Shown here one piece after another: positions 38,644 to 51,739 of a DNA stretch of 64,000 nt. Each line of letters opens with the position of its first letter. The stretch's first letter is position 1. The DNA lies in assembly GCA_031835245.2 (NCBI GenBank), contig JAVKOQ020000030.1, positions 1-64,000 of the forward strand, given 5' to 3'. The stretch is from Balamuthia mandrillaris (taxonomy: Eukaryota). The notes under the pieces are model-generated. The model worked only from the letters and a program-made list of their open reading frames with translations. It was not told the origin of the DNA and made no database searches. The position numbers and the translations under genes are program-made.

Positions 38644-39105
38644 ATGTCCTCTTCCCTGGATCTGACTGCTGCAGAACTTCTTGAAAAGTTACGCCAGACG
38701 GAGGAAAAACTCCGCCAGACGGAGGAGCAACGCCGTTTGGCGGAGGAGCAACGCCATTTGGCGGAGGAGCAACGCCATTTGGCGGAGGAGCAACGCCGTT
38801 TGGCGGAGGAGCAACGCCGTTTGGCGGAGGAGCAACGCCATTTGGCGGAGGAACAACGCCGCTTAGCTGAGGAGAACGCCGTTGAAGAACGCCAGCGAGC
38901 TGAAAAATTAGAGGGAAAGTTGGCTCGAGCCAAGAGAAAAAGGGAGGCTGAGGAGGTATCCTTCTTATTCAATTTTCTTTCATTGGATCCCGGTCTGAAA
39001 CCTGCCTCCAAAAAACGGGGTCGTTTTACTATAGCCTATTCCCGTATTTCCCCGCCCCCCTTTAAGGCCCCTACCAACTTACCTGTCCAGCTTTTTGCCC
39101 TTTGA
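38644..39105 (+). CDS. Short coiled-coil ORF with 21-bp tandem repeats (LAEEQRR/H); possibly a gene remnant
   Basis: About 7 copies of CGGAGGAGCAACGCC(G/A)TTTGG at 38720-38866; downstream frame looks decayed. Confidence 0.45.
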   Translation: MSSSLDLTAAELLEKLRQTEEKLRQTEEQRRLAEEQRHLAEEQRHLAEEQRRLAEEQRRLAEEQRHLAEEQRRLAEENAVEERQRAEKLEGKLARAKRKREAEEVSFLFNFLSLDPGLKPASKKRGRFTIAYSRISPPPFKAPTNLPVQLFAL

Positions 39106-39306
39106 GACCACATCATCCTCTTCTACGACATCAGCTGCCTCCTCCCCACCATATTCATCTTCTTCTTCTCCGAGACCTGCCTCAACTCCCGCTTCCTCAT
39201 CCCCCTCTTCCCCGTCCTCACCGTCTGGTGTGTCAACATCTGATGAAAATGCTTCTGCTGTGGGAGGGCTGTGATGCAACAAGCAGCCCTTCACCATCAT
39301 CTCCCC

Positions 39307-39371
39307 CCCAAGAACCTGATTAACTTTTCTCCTTTGTTCAAATAACTCAAAAAGTTAATCAGGTTCTTGGG
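39307..39371. repeat. Perfect 22-bp inverted repeat with a 21-nt spacer
   Basis: CCCAAGAACCTGATTAACTTTT (39307-39328) and AAAAGTTAATCAGGTTCTTGGG (39350-39371). Confidence 0.95.
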
Positions 39372-40052
39372 AAGGCTTTCTTTTCGTTTCTCTGCTTGTT
39401 AACAACAGATTGATTTTCACTTCTTCTCCCGTTTGCACCTGGCTTATCCTCATGAAACGCCCACATTAAAATGCATAAGCAGTGTCGCTTCTGCGCCCCC
39501 TTTTCCCCCAAGGATGGGTATCCCGAGTGGTGTCGTAACGCCCTCTCTGGAATCCAGGGATCTATACCAGGTCGAGGACTTGCACTAAACGATTTGCAAA
39601 ATATTCCCCTCCCCTGCTAATAAACTTGCAAGTTTGAGCAGGATTGTTAAGTTTGGTACAAGTCCTGCATCCACTACGCTATTGTGGCGGCAGGGCAATT
39701 ACAGATTTGCTGTTCCAGACAGACATTTCCAAGCACAACGAAAAATGCCTTTTCGCGACAACAAAGAGGAGAAAAGAAAGCTAGCACTCAGCTAAAAACG
39801 AGTGCGGACAACTTTTTCGCCAGTGGAGTTTCACCAAACGATGAAGGCTTTCATCAGACGTTGTAGTGTTGCCGAACTTTTCCTGCTCTGACGTATTGCG
39901 CGTGGCATGGGCTTGTTGATGGTGAGTGGTGGTTGCATATACAAGGTGGAGGGTTCGTTGTGGAAGAAGAAGAACAGCAGAACGGTTGTAAAAAAAAAGA
40001 GGGAAATAGAATCACTACGTGTACAAGGGTATTGAAAATAAAGAGGACTTGG

Positions 40053-40313
40053 TTACAAGTCATCGTCGTCATCATAGAGGAACTCGTCAAAGTCATCCAA
40101 ATCATCCAAATCATCCAAGTCAAGGTCATCCAGCTTTCCTCTTCGCTGGCCCAACGCTCTCGCAAGCACCGACTCCAGTGAACCATCCAACTCTGCGTTG
40201 CGTGACAACGGTGGAGCCACACCACTTTTGCCTCCCAATCCCAGCTATATATATTCAGTAATGTCAACAACAAATCTGAGAGGAGAGAAGTGGCTGAAAA
40301 AAGTGGAGAGAGC

Positions 40314-40360
<47 letters not shown>

Positions 40361-43256
40361 AACAAATGGAGGATCAAACGGGAAAGGACCGTACAGGAGT
40401 AAGTTGTGTGCCTTGTCTGATATCCGCCAAAAGCGCTTGACGGGCGGAACTGGCGTTAACGGCAACCGCGATGGTGCTGATGGGGGGAGGTGGCGGTGGA
40501 GCAGGGCTCTGTGCCATCAATTCCTTTCGTATCCTCTCCTCGATCTCTTTTCGCAGCTTCATTTCTTGTTCGGGGGTCAGCTTTGATTCCTCTTCGTCCT
40601 CTACTTCTGCTTCTTTCTGTTTGGCGTCAGTAAGAGGTAGCGATGTGCACTTGTCGTTAGCGTCATCTTTTTGCGCCTGTTCAGCCTTTTCTTTGGTTTC
40701 TTGCATTTTCTCTTTGATAGCGGCTGCTCGGGACTTGAACGCAGAAAGAGCGCTGCCAGCACCACCGTTTGAAGCTAATGGTGATGGCGATAACGACCTG
40801 GAAGCAACAGAAGGAGAGCTTGGACCAGTACTCGATGCTGGCCTTTTAGCGTCTGACCCATCACTAGTAGTGTTGTTGGTAAGGGCAGAAGCCGAGCGTT
40901 GGCCCTTGCTGGAAGGCAAACTGGCCAAAAGCTTTAGCTTTTCTTTGGCGAACTCCTCCAGGGCGCTCTTGCGAACCTGTTCCTCGATCTCGGAGCGACG
41001 CTTCTCCTCTCGTTCCTTCCACTCTCGCCACTCTGTTTCTTTCTTGCGCTCCTCTTCCAACTTCTGTTGGAGCTGCCTCTCGACCCGTTTTCTTTCCTCC
41101 TCCTCTTCTTTCAGCTTCTGTTCCAGTCGTTTCCTGTTCTCCTCCATCTCCATGCGAGCTTTAGTCTGTTCTTCCATAAGCTTTTGCATGCGCTCTTCTT
41201 GTTCTCGTCTCTTATTTTCTTCTTCCATCATTCGCCTTTCCTTCTCTTGTTGGATTTGGGCCAGCTTCTCGTGTTCCAGCTGAGTTTGTCGCTTCAACTT
41301 ATCTTCTTCTTCTTTGAGCGCGGCAAGCCTTTTTCTTTCTTCTGCTTGCAACCTCTTCTTGAACTCTTCCTGTTCTTTTCTCATCTGCTCTTCAACTTTG
41401 CGCAGCTCGGCTTCTTTTTGTTTCATATCTTCGAGCTTCTGTCGCATCTCCTCTTCTTCCTTCTTGCGCTTCTCTTCTTCCATCTGTCTTTCTTTCTCTT
41501 TCCGCAATTGCTCTTCTTTTCTGGCTGCCTCCATCAACTTTCTCTCTTCTCTGAGTCGTTCTCGTTCCTTCGCTATTCTTTCTCTATCTTCATCGCGTTT
41601 CTTCTTCTCAGCGAGCAACCTTTCTTTCTGTTCGCGAAGCCTCTTTCGTTTCTCCTCTCGAGCTTGTTTTTCTTGCTCCATCTTTAGCCGTCTTTCTTGT
41701 AACTGCCTTTCTCTTTCTTCCATGGCTCTGGTTCTCTCTTCCAATTTCCTCTTCCTGTCCTCCTTTTCCGCAGCGATTCTTTCCAGTTCGCTTTGAACCA
41801 TGTTCAAGATGGCTTGTTCTTGCTCCTTCAATCGCTGGGAATCCAATTGCTTTTGTAGTTCTAGCTGCTTCTTTCTTTCTTCCTCGATGAGCTCTTTTTC
41901 TCGTTGAAGCTTGTTCCACTCTTCCTCGATTTGTTTCCTCTTCTCCTCTTCTTCTTGCCTTCGTTTCTCCTGTTTTTCCTTCAGCTTTGCTTTTACTCTC
42001 TCGCGTTCTTCTTCTCGCTTTTTTTTCGCTTCCTCTTCTTGCTTCCATCTCTCTTCCCTCTCCCGTTGTTTCCTCTCCAGCTCTTCGCTACGTTTCCGTA
42101 TCTCTTCCTCTTTTCTCCTTCTCTCTAACATATCTTCCTTTTCTTTCTCTTCTTCCTCTTTTCTTTGTTTTTCGAGCTCCAACATCCTTTGTTCTTGACG
42201 TTGTTTCCTCTCTTCGATGTCTCTTTGTCGCTTGTCTCTCTGTTCCTGCATTTTCTTTTCCAAGTTGAATACTTCCATTCTTCTCCTCTCTCTTTCGTCA
42301 ACCGACTCTATTGCTGCTGTCATTGCTTCTGTTGTCGATGATGCCTTTTCTTCTGTTACTGCCTTTTCTTCTTTGTCTTCTGTCTTTTTTGCCACATTTG
42401 TTTCTGTTCCTTCTTCGTTTCCTTCTGCTTCAGCTTTTTGTTGTTGGGAAGAAGGAGCGGATTTGATGGCTGGAACATAGACAGTACAAGTGGCAGAACT
42501 CTTAGCCGAGGGAGTAGTTGAAGTAGCGGCGGCTGATCTCCCTTTGGCAGAGCCGGATGGAGAAGTATCTCTGCTGCTACCTATGGCTCCCGTTCTGGTC
42601 GTCATTCCTTTCTTTGTTCTCAACTTGTTATTGTTGCTGCTAATGATAACGGAGGAGCTTTTGTTATTGTTGTTGATTAGGGAGCCTTTGTTGCTGCCAT
42701 GGACGATGGAGGAACCTCCTTTGGCTCCTCCCTTTTCTTCTGCATCTGCCTCACTTTTCTTTGTTCTCAACTTGGAACCGTTGACAATGATGGAGGAGCC
42801 TTCTCCTCCACTCTCCTCTTCCTCTTCATCGTCTCCTTCGTCAGCCTCCTCATCTTCGTCCTCCATTCTTTGCGGCCGAAAAGTAGTTGCACTCTGTCTG
42901 CCACTTGGCGGAGAGGAGGCTGCCGGAGAGTTCAAGTAGCCGCTTCGGGCTTCCATGGCAGCCTCCTGCAGGTACTGGCTCCACAGCCGCCGTTCCTGCT
43001 CCCCGCTGCAACGAAGGACGTAGGCCACCCCGCCCTTCAAACGCAAGGTGAGATCGCCCAGCTTTGACTCGTGGGCCTCAATCTTGGTTACGTCGCAGAG
43101 GGGCAGTTTGCCGACGGGCTTGAAGGGGGTTTCTCGCTTGGAGTAGAGGAGGTGGCCGCTTTCTACTTTGAAGTAGCGGACGTCCCAACCTTTGGTTTGC
43201 TTCTTGATGGAGGACTTTGTCCGGAGCTTTTTCTTTTTCAACCAACCTTGCACCAT
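40053..43256 (-). CDS. PH domain - long charged coiled coil - polyproline - WH2/central/acidic (WCA) protein
   Basis: PH (QGWLKKK..WDVRYF..ERRLWSQYL), E/K/R-rich helix, PPPPPP, WH2 ARQALLADIRQGTQLTPV, last exon SLESVLARALGQRR plus an acidic tail. Confidence 0.82.
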
Positions 43257-43326
43257 TTTTTTTTTTGTATGCAGCAGCAAAACCACCTGTTGCTTGTTTT
43301 AGTGCGCGCACACATACAAAGAACGC

Positions 43327-43368
<42 letters not shown>

Positions 43369-43700
43369 AAGAAGAGAGAACAAGAGAAGCTCACCCCCAA
43401 ATCTTGCCAGGAGCCGGTTTTTTTTTTCCAGTTCTTTTTTTTTCTTTGATATTTTTATCATTCATTAGGCAATAATTTCCAATTTTGGTCGATTACGCCA
43501 AATTTATCATCCATTATTGGTCCTCGTTGCCTTTTCTTCCCGACGCGAACATAATAGGCTCATAGACTCATAGATAAGCAATGACGCCTACTCCTCAAGC
43601 AATTTTCCCGCCAAAATCAAAACGCGAAGAGAAAGAGAGAAGACGCGTTTTTTTTATAAAGCGGTGTTCCCCACCTCATCGCAACGAAGCAGCAGCAAAG

Positions 43701-43871
43701 ATGGAGCCGATCACGAGGAAGAAGGCGGATGGTGGGCAGGCTGCGTATGTGCCCAGCAAAGGCAAGCTCCTAAGCTTGTACAAGCTCCCACCCACGGACG
43801 ACTCCATCTCTTTGGAGACGTTGGACACCTATTGTTATCATAGGCTTCGTGGTAAGTGAGCTGGCCCTTTC

Positions 43872-43913
<42 letters not shown>

Positions 43914-46104
43914 CTGTTCCACGTTTGCCCTCCTTTTTATATTTATTTTTTCTAACCACCTCTCTTTTCTTTTGCCAGTGTTAAGGGAAATAGACGACAT
44001 GAGAGCCAAGGGACTGCAAGGAGCAGCCTTTTCCAACCTTTTGCACTCCACGCTTTGTCGCCTTCTTCCGTTGAATAGCGCAGAGGCTCAAAAAAAGGAC
44101 CTGATCTCTCATTTTACTCTTCGCTTTGCCTACTGCAAACCCGATGACCGAAAATGGTTTATCCGCCAGGAGAAAGAGCTCTTCAGGTTCAACTTTTTCT
44201 TTTATGCTCCTGTTCTTTAACTTTTTTCTTTACTTCCTACTTGTTTCCTTTCTCCTTGTTGCCTTTCCAGTCTCTGTATGCTTTCTGCTTTCTTCTTCCT
44301 TGTTATTTAAGTTCTCATTTTTTCCTTGTGTCCTTTTGTTGCTCTCTTCATTCCATACTCACTCTCACTTATCTATCCTTCGTTTGGTCTCTTCTCAGAC
44401 ATCGACTCCAAAAGTGTATGCTCGACAAGGATGTCCATTCTTTCATGGAAGCTAACAACTTACAATACGAAACGGTATCTTTTGCCATCGACGCATTCCT
44501 TCTCTTTTCTGCTTTCTTGCTTCTTCGCTTCCCTGTTGTATCTCTTTTTGGCTATGAGCCTTTTCCTCTGTTGTTTTTGTTCTTGTTGCCGTTCTTCTCT
44601 TCTGCTTCATATTCTTCTTATAAAATGATTTAAAATGCAGATCTCAGCAGAAGAGTACACAACCTACAAACCTTTACTGGACGCCCTGATGCTTTCCAAC
44701 AAGTCAGCCAATCAATATCACTCCTCTAAACAGCAACAACCCTTGGACAGTGAAATGAAGGAAGAGCCAAGTGCAAGCCAGTTTTATAAAATCCCTTTTG
44801 AGAGGGCCTGTACTTTGGTGGCCGCCAGGAAAGTGTTGATGAGACGTGGCTTTGCCTACCTTCACGCCAGCGATCTCGTCGCTATCATCATCAGCGAATT
44901 CGAGGCTATAGTTGCTGAAGGTTTTTACCTCCCTTTCTTCCTGCTTGATAACAATTTTTGCAACAGGAAGAGCTGAGACCAAACAACCAATCAAATAGGT
45001 TTAGAGAGAGCGTTTAAGGCCTTTCCGTTAGTTGCTAGCGATGAACGCATATCTCCGTTGTTGGAGAATCTGAGCAAGCGATATACCGGCAAGGACTGGT
45101 CTACTGTCAAAGGAAACATTCCTGTAACCATCGATCAATTAGATACGGTACCTTCTTTGTCTTGCTCTTTGCTATTCCTTTCTTTTCTTTTATCATTCTT
45201 TCATTTCTTACCTTTCAACAAAACTCAAGTTGGCAGAACGATCTTTCCCATTGTGCATGCGCACCATGCACGAGGCCCTCCGCAAGAAGCACCACGTTAA
45301 ACACGGCACGCGCATGCAATATGGCCTCTTCCTCAAAGGCATAGGTCTCTCCATGGAGGATGCTCTAGCATTTTGGCGCTCCGAGTTTACTCGCCTGATG
45401 TCCGCTGACAAATGGGAGAAGGAACATGGCTATACCATTCGCCACAATTATGGCAAAGAAGGCAAGCGAACGAGTTACACGCCATATTCATGCGTGAAGA
45501 TCATAGCCTCGGCGCCGGGTTATGAGGATGACCATGGCTGCCCCTTTAGACATTTCGACAAGGACAAGCTTGTCAGGACGTTGAGGGAGAGTAAGGTGGA
45601 TGCCGCTCATATCGACTATATTTTGAATGAAGTTGAAGCTGCTCGTTGGGGGGTTTGTATCTTGCTCACGTTTTTCATCTCTGTCTGCTCTCTGCTCTCT
45701 CCGCTCTCTGCTCTCCGCTCTCTGTTCTCTCCTCTCTCCTCTCTTCTCTCCTTGCTGCTCTTCACAGCCGCGTTTCTGTCTATCACGTGCTCTCTGCTCT
45801 CCTCTTTTCTCTATCTACTCTCTGCTCTCTCCACTCTCCGCTCTCTCCTAACAAAAGTGTTTTCTGCAAACAGCATGCATGCAGGTTGTACTTTGAGGCG
45901 AAACACAACAACTACCAAATGCAGGACCTCGTCATCAACCATCCACAACAATACTTCTTCCACAGCACTCGTTACTTTAAATCATCCCTCGACAATGGCA
46001 ACGGCAACAGCAACAGCAGCAACAATACCACTCCACCACAGCCACAAAAAGAGAAGGAGAAAGAAAAGGAGGTTGAAGAAGAAGAGATGATGATGGAAAT
46101 GTGA
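43701..46104 (+). CDS. PRIM2: DNA primase large subunit
   Basis: DLISHFTLRFAYC, WFIRQE, FPLCM, RMQYGLFLKGIG, YTIRHNYGKEGKR, PYSC, HGCPF, NHPQQYF. Confidence 0.96.
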
Positions 46105-46222
46105 TGCTTGAAAGTTGGGAGAAAAGAAGAGTTTTTCTCAACCCTTTATTTTTGTAAAAAAGTTTTGCTTTGAAGTTAAAGAAAAAAAAATATAAATAAT
46201 AAGTTTGGAACTATCATCATCC

Positions 46223-48897
46223 TCAAATCCTTTCCTTTCCTTTGGCCATTATTGCTCCATCTCCGTTTCCATTTCTCAAACCAGCAGCAGCCAACGAAGC
46301 AGAAAGTTCTTCATCGTATTTGTTGTTTTCGTCTGAGGAAGACGATGAAGATGAAAAGAGAGATTCCTCTGTGGGGATGAAGGAAGAAGAGTCCTCGACG
46401 GCTTTGGCGTGAATGGATTGCTTGTAGTCGCAAACGATAGTGCGGACGAGAGAGCGGAAGAAGGGGACTTCTTTGGGGTTCTCCAGATAATGCTCGTAAT
46501 GGTCCAGATCGTCTTGTAATGTGAGTTTCAGGGATTCATAGTTGTTTTTGATGATATCAATCACCTGTTTTATTGTCATTTCATTAGAGAAAGACAGAAA
46601 AGGAGAGAAAAAGGACGAAAGAATCGAAGAATAGAGATGGAAACAAAACGCAAACCTGAGCAGGGGTAGTGATGGAACGTTCGGGATGAGCAGCTTCCCA
46701 TTGATCTATTTTCGTGGTGAAGTGCCGAATGATGGTGCTGATGTTGTCCAAATGCTGTACCAAATTGTTGCTGCTATCATACCGATCAACTAGTACAGCA
46801 AAGAAAATGTTAAAAGACACACGAAGAGGATAGAGAGTAGAGAATTATAAAAAGGACAAATAGTAGACCAAGAAAAGAACAAGAAAAACGAACAAAAAGA
46901 GAAGGATTAAAGTGAGAGTGAAAATGAAGGTATGGAAGGTACCATAGTAATAAAACGTCTCCAGTGTTTTGCTCTCACGAATGATCTCATAATAGAGTAC
47001 ATCATAGTCAGATGGTTGTGGTAAAAAGATATCTCCATACGTTATAAATAAGTTAAATACTGTTGTAATCTGATAGGGGAAAAAATGACAAAAAAAAAAA
47101 AAAACGCAGGTCAGAAAAGAAAACAGAAAAAGTACAGGAAAGGATGAGACCTCGACGCAAAGATTGAGGATGTCTGCTCTCTCGAACATATCTGGCAAAG
47201 AAATAAACTTGATGAGAGTGAATAAACAGTCCCAAAGATCCCTCCATGCAAAGTTGAGTCTCTTTTCCTGATTCTTTTCGTAGCAAATGATACGGCGAAG
47301 CACTCCTATTGCTTTGCTGTGAAATTAAAAACGTCTCAGTTAGTCTTCTCTGTTTCTTCTCTTTCCCCTCTCTCTTTCTCTCTCTCCTTAAAACTCAATT
47401 GATAGAGTATGAATGAACCAGTAGAGATCTACTGCCAGTTTCTTCTTGAGGTTGTAACGCATAAACTGAATGAGGATGTCGAGTACGGTGCATACCATCG
47501 GGCGGTCGTTCGTTTCTGGTGATTGCTTCTTCAGCTGCTGGTTGTGATAAAACTTTAATTAAAAAACCACATACAGAAAGAGGAGTAAAGGAAAGAATGG
47601 AAAAAAAAATAGAGAGAAACCTTTTGGAAGATAGCGGCGTTGCATTGATACTGTGGGTCGTGAAGAATATCATTCACAGCGTCATCTTCGAACACGCAGC
47701 TCAGAATGATGAGACAAAGCTTGGCATAACATACGCTGCGCTGATCTTTCACGTCCTGGAAAATATACGAACAAAACGTGAAGAAGTGTTCTAAGACGGG
47801 TGGACATCGGTTTTGACTCTTCTTTACGAGTTCTTCTTGTTGTTGGCCGTTTCCAACGCCTCCGTTTGCTATAGGTGGGTTTTAAGAAACAAAGAAACGA
47901 AAGATGATAGTAAGAATGGGAGGGCAGAATAGTAAAGAGAAGAAAAAGCAGAACCTCGAGGTGAAGCATTTGGCTCTATCAGGCAAAACATGAAAGAGTG
48001 TGAATTTAGGTACATAAGTTCGTAGAAAGACAGTAAGACTGCTCCTGTATTATTGGGACTCAAGCTACGGAGAGGTTTAGCCACGTGCGTGTGAAGAAGA
48101 ACAGAAAACAAAGGATAATACCTGACAGCACTGGTGGGACCAGAGCTGAAAACACTGCCAAAAAAGCCACCAATGGCAGAAAAGAAGCCGCCTCCACTTT
48201 TAGAGGGCATCAAAGAAGCATATTGCTTATTGCACTCACTGCAAACGGTTGATATCACTCCAGCCAACGCCTTTATTATTTGTTTTCATTTGTTTGAGAA
48301 CACCAAAGAGGAAGAGAAGCAACGACGGGAGAGAGAACAGAAAAGCAATAGTTGAGAAAGTGAGGGAAAAAACGAACCTGCAACGATCCTTTGTGCTTGA
48401 GAGCAGTCATCTGACGCATGTAAGGGTTCTTCGATTCGTACTTTCGATAGTTGAGAAGAACGATCAGTAGAAATACAGCATCGAATGCCAATAAATAATG
48501 TTGTTGTCGTTGATGATGACTCATGATAGGTTGATTTGTTGATACTCCATTTGTGAGTGCTAATGATGTCTTTTCTCCACTTACTTCAGCTCCTCCGTTC
48601 TCTGTCGTTTTTATACTTCCTCTCTCCTTTCCTTCTTCATGTTCTTCTTTGTTGGGAGTCGGATGATAGTGATCGTTGATGAGGCGAAGAATGGTCGGAA
48701 AGACGTTCGTGGTATCCAACATGAAGTATTCAAGCAATGTGTTTTGATGGATGTTGTCCGTCGCTGTGACGATGGTGAGCAATAGCTTCAGAGCTAATGA
48801 CTTGAGCACGATGCGACTCCGTTCGGAGCAAAGCAAAGCTTGCACTGAACAGATCATATCCTTAAAACGAGAGATAGCAAAGCAGAGAGAATGAGCG

Positions 48898-48934
<37 letters not shown>

Positions 48935-49267
48935 GGGGAGGAGGAACAAACTTGAAAGAGGTCGTCTGCTTTCTCAATACCAGATAAAATATTGATGATG
49001 TCGTAACCAAAGTTGGTGAACTTCTTGGTGAAGATGCAACGAAGCAAAGTGCACAGCGTCTAATTGGTGTTGTTTAGGGTTTAAACAAACGCGAGTCAAA
49101 ACAACAAACAAAAAGGAGGTGAAAAAGCAAAGCTGGAAGCGAAGGTAATGACCTGCATGGCGTGATAAACGCGTAACTTGTTGTCTTCGTGCAACGCTCT
49201 AACGCAATTCTCGAAAATGTTGTTGATGTTTGGCTGTTGTTTCAAGATCATCATCGAGCGAGGAGAC

Positions 49268-49308
<41 letters not shown>

Positions 49309-49749
49309 AAGACAGAGACAGAGACAGAGACAGAGACAGAGACAGAGACAGAGACAGAGACAGAGACAGAGAATGGAACCTTGAGTTGCAGCAGTTGCTC
49401 TTCGGTGGCTTCGAGCACGCAACGTTCGAGGAACGGCACATTTAACTTGAGAAGCAATAACTCTTCCCAAAAGTGTGGATTGCCTTTGGAGGGATCATGG
49501 CCCTGTAGGAAAGTATGAATGTGATGAGAAAAACAGAACAACATCGCAACTTCTTATTCTCCTCCAAACAAACAAACAAACAAAAAAACACACCTGGAAG
49601 AAGGACTCGTAAATGTCCACAATTTTCTCTTTGAGGGCGCTCTTTTGTTTCTTCTCATCTTTTCTTCTCACCAAAAAACCACCCGTGTAAGGGCTGGTAC
49701 TGGTAGAAGCTGGAGACGCAGCTGCTGATCCTGCAGCAACGCCTTTCAT
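46223..49749 (-). CDS. ARMH3: ARMH3/C10orf76 (DUF1741) family protein
   Basis: KEKIVDIYESFF, FWEELLLLK, TDNIHQNTLLEYF, LNYRKYESKNPY, FNLFITYGDIFLP..YDVLYYEIIR, NYESLKL. Confidence 0.85.
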
Positions 49750-50193
49750 TCGCGTGTTTTCACTTCGTACTCTTTTTTTTTTTCTTTTGTGAATCAAAAG
49801 GCCCAATCAATCGCCCAAAGTTGGTCTTCTCCTTCGAAGAACGCTTTTTTCCTTTCTTTCTTTCTTCCTCTTTTTGTCTGTGGGATGGACCTGGTGCGAC
49901 TTGTTGGGGTTGGCTTCCGTCCCGATCGAATCACCTCACCCTCCGTGCTATTCAAATGGACACCACCTATCGCAACTGCTACCTTCCCCAATGCCTCCTA
50001 CCCTCTTGGCGCAGATGCCAGAAAGTGTCAATTTCCGCCACCCAAAAAGACTGATGACCCCTCGTGCTGTTTCGTGTCGACATACTTTCCCGCCATTTTT
50101 TCCCCGTCCACCTTCCCGCTTGCTAACCCGCAACAGCCACGCAGAAAAACTCGATTACCCCAAACGGTTAACCAAAACAGAAATACAGTGACG

Positions 50194-51275
50194 ATGGAGA
50201 CGGGGATACACACCTCGGAGCTGATGGATGAGGCCGAGAAGGCGCGCAAGCAGTTGGACAAGTGGATCGCCGCCAAGAAGAAAGACACGGAGGAGGTGCA
50301 GCGGAAACAGCACCAAGTGTTGCAGCAAAGCGAAGGTAAAGGGGGTCGAATCTCCCTTTTTTTGTTTTTTTGCCGCATAATCGGTGTCTGATTTATGATT
50401 GCTTCTCCTCTCAGAACAAATACGAAGCTTGCAGCTGAAGCTCAAACAACACATACAAACCGGCAAAGAAGCTCGTCGAGGTATTTTTTTCTCTCCACGA
50501 CCTCAACTTGCTTTTATTTGTTTTTTTTCTCTATCTCTAAACAAACAAAAACAGAATGCGAAAGTAGAGAACAGGAGCTCCAAAGTTTGGCCGTTCTGGT
50601 CAGCCGACTGAAAGACAAGGAGAATCTTTTGCCCAAGGAAATAGAGCTGCTCACCCAACAGGTCGACGAACAACGAGAACGCTGCCGTCAGCTGGAGAGA
50701 ACCCTGGCAAAGAAGGAGAAGACAAAGCAGTACAACATGCAAGAGCTGACCAAGGGCATAAGCTACTATCGAGAGAGGCTGGGGCTGGACTTTACGAGGA
50801 TCGGCGAGGACCAGCTTTGTTGCGTGTTCACCCTGTTGGACCCTGCCGACCCGGATCGCCAGTTTCGTTTCTCCATCTACCTTGACGAGGAAAGCCAATA
50901 TCACTGTACGTTCTCTCTCTCTCTCCTCTCCTCTCCTCTCCCCTCCCCTCCTCTCCTCTCCTCTCTCTCCTCTCCTCTCCTCTCCTCTCCTCTCCTCTCC
51001 TCTCCTCTCCTCTCCTTCTGTCTCCTCTTGCTCCCTTTCATTTGTTGTTCTTCTCTGCTTTCTTTAGTCATGTTTTCTCTTGTTTTTGTTTCCCGTTTCT
51101 CCACCACCAAGACAAACGACAAACTAACGAATAAAAAAAACCAGTGGGTGACTGTAAGCCTCATTTGGAAGGACTGTCGCCGCTGCTGCAAGCGCTCAAC
51201 AGCGACAATGACTTTGCAAAGTTTGTACGAGCCTTTCGCAAGAAGTTTAAGGACACCTTGAACAGCAGCAGCTGA
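50194..51275 (+). CDS. SPC25: Kinetochore protein Spc25
   Basis: Coiled coil followed by RWD-type YRERLGLDF..VFTLLDPADPDRQFRF..LNSDNDFAKFVRAFRKKF. Confidence 0.85.
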
Positions 51276-51739
51276 GGCGTTACCATTTGTCTTCTTTGGC
51301 GAGCGATGGCACGCGCGCGCATGGGAAAGGATCCTACGCGGTGCGCCGAGCTCAGCTCTGCTCGATGCTTTCTTTCTCCTCTCGGCACTTTTGCTTTGTA
51401 CATTTATTTTTATTTTTTTGTTCATGTTGTTAGGCAACGACGTTCAGTTGCTAGGCAACTATGCATTATAGTGCAGCAATTGAGCAGCAGTTGTGCTTTT
51501 TCTGTTAGTTCATTAAAAAGGTAAAATTTTGTGCCTTTTCACCTCAACCACTTTATTTTTTTCGAAGAGACACCAAACAGACAAAGAAGAAGCCTTGGCT
51601 TTGATTGCCTCAACTTACTTAACACGAACTGGTTCAGGCGGCTTGAAGACCTGTTCCTAGTCTAACGGCAAAAGAGCTATCTTCCTTTCAATTTGTATTT
51701 TTTTTTTCTTTTCGTTTTTTTTTTGTTCCTTGCTATAAG

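Noticed and set aside
39480..39900. Possible nuclease or kinase remnant downstream of the LAEEQRR ORF
   Set aside because: Frames are short and interrupted; no motif recognised with confidence.
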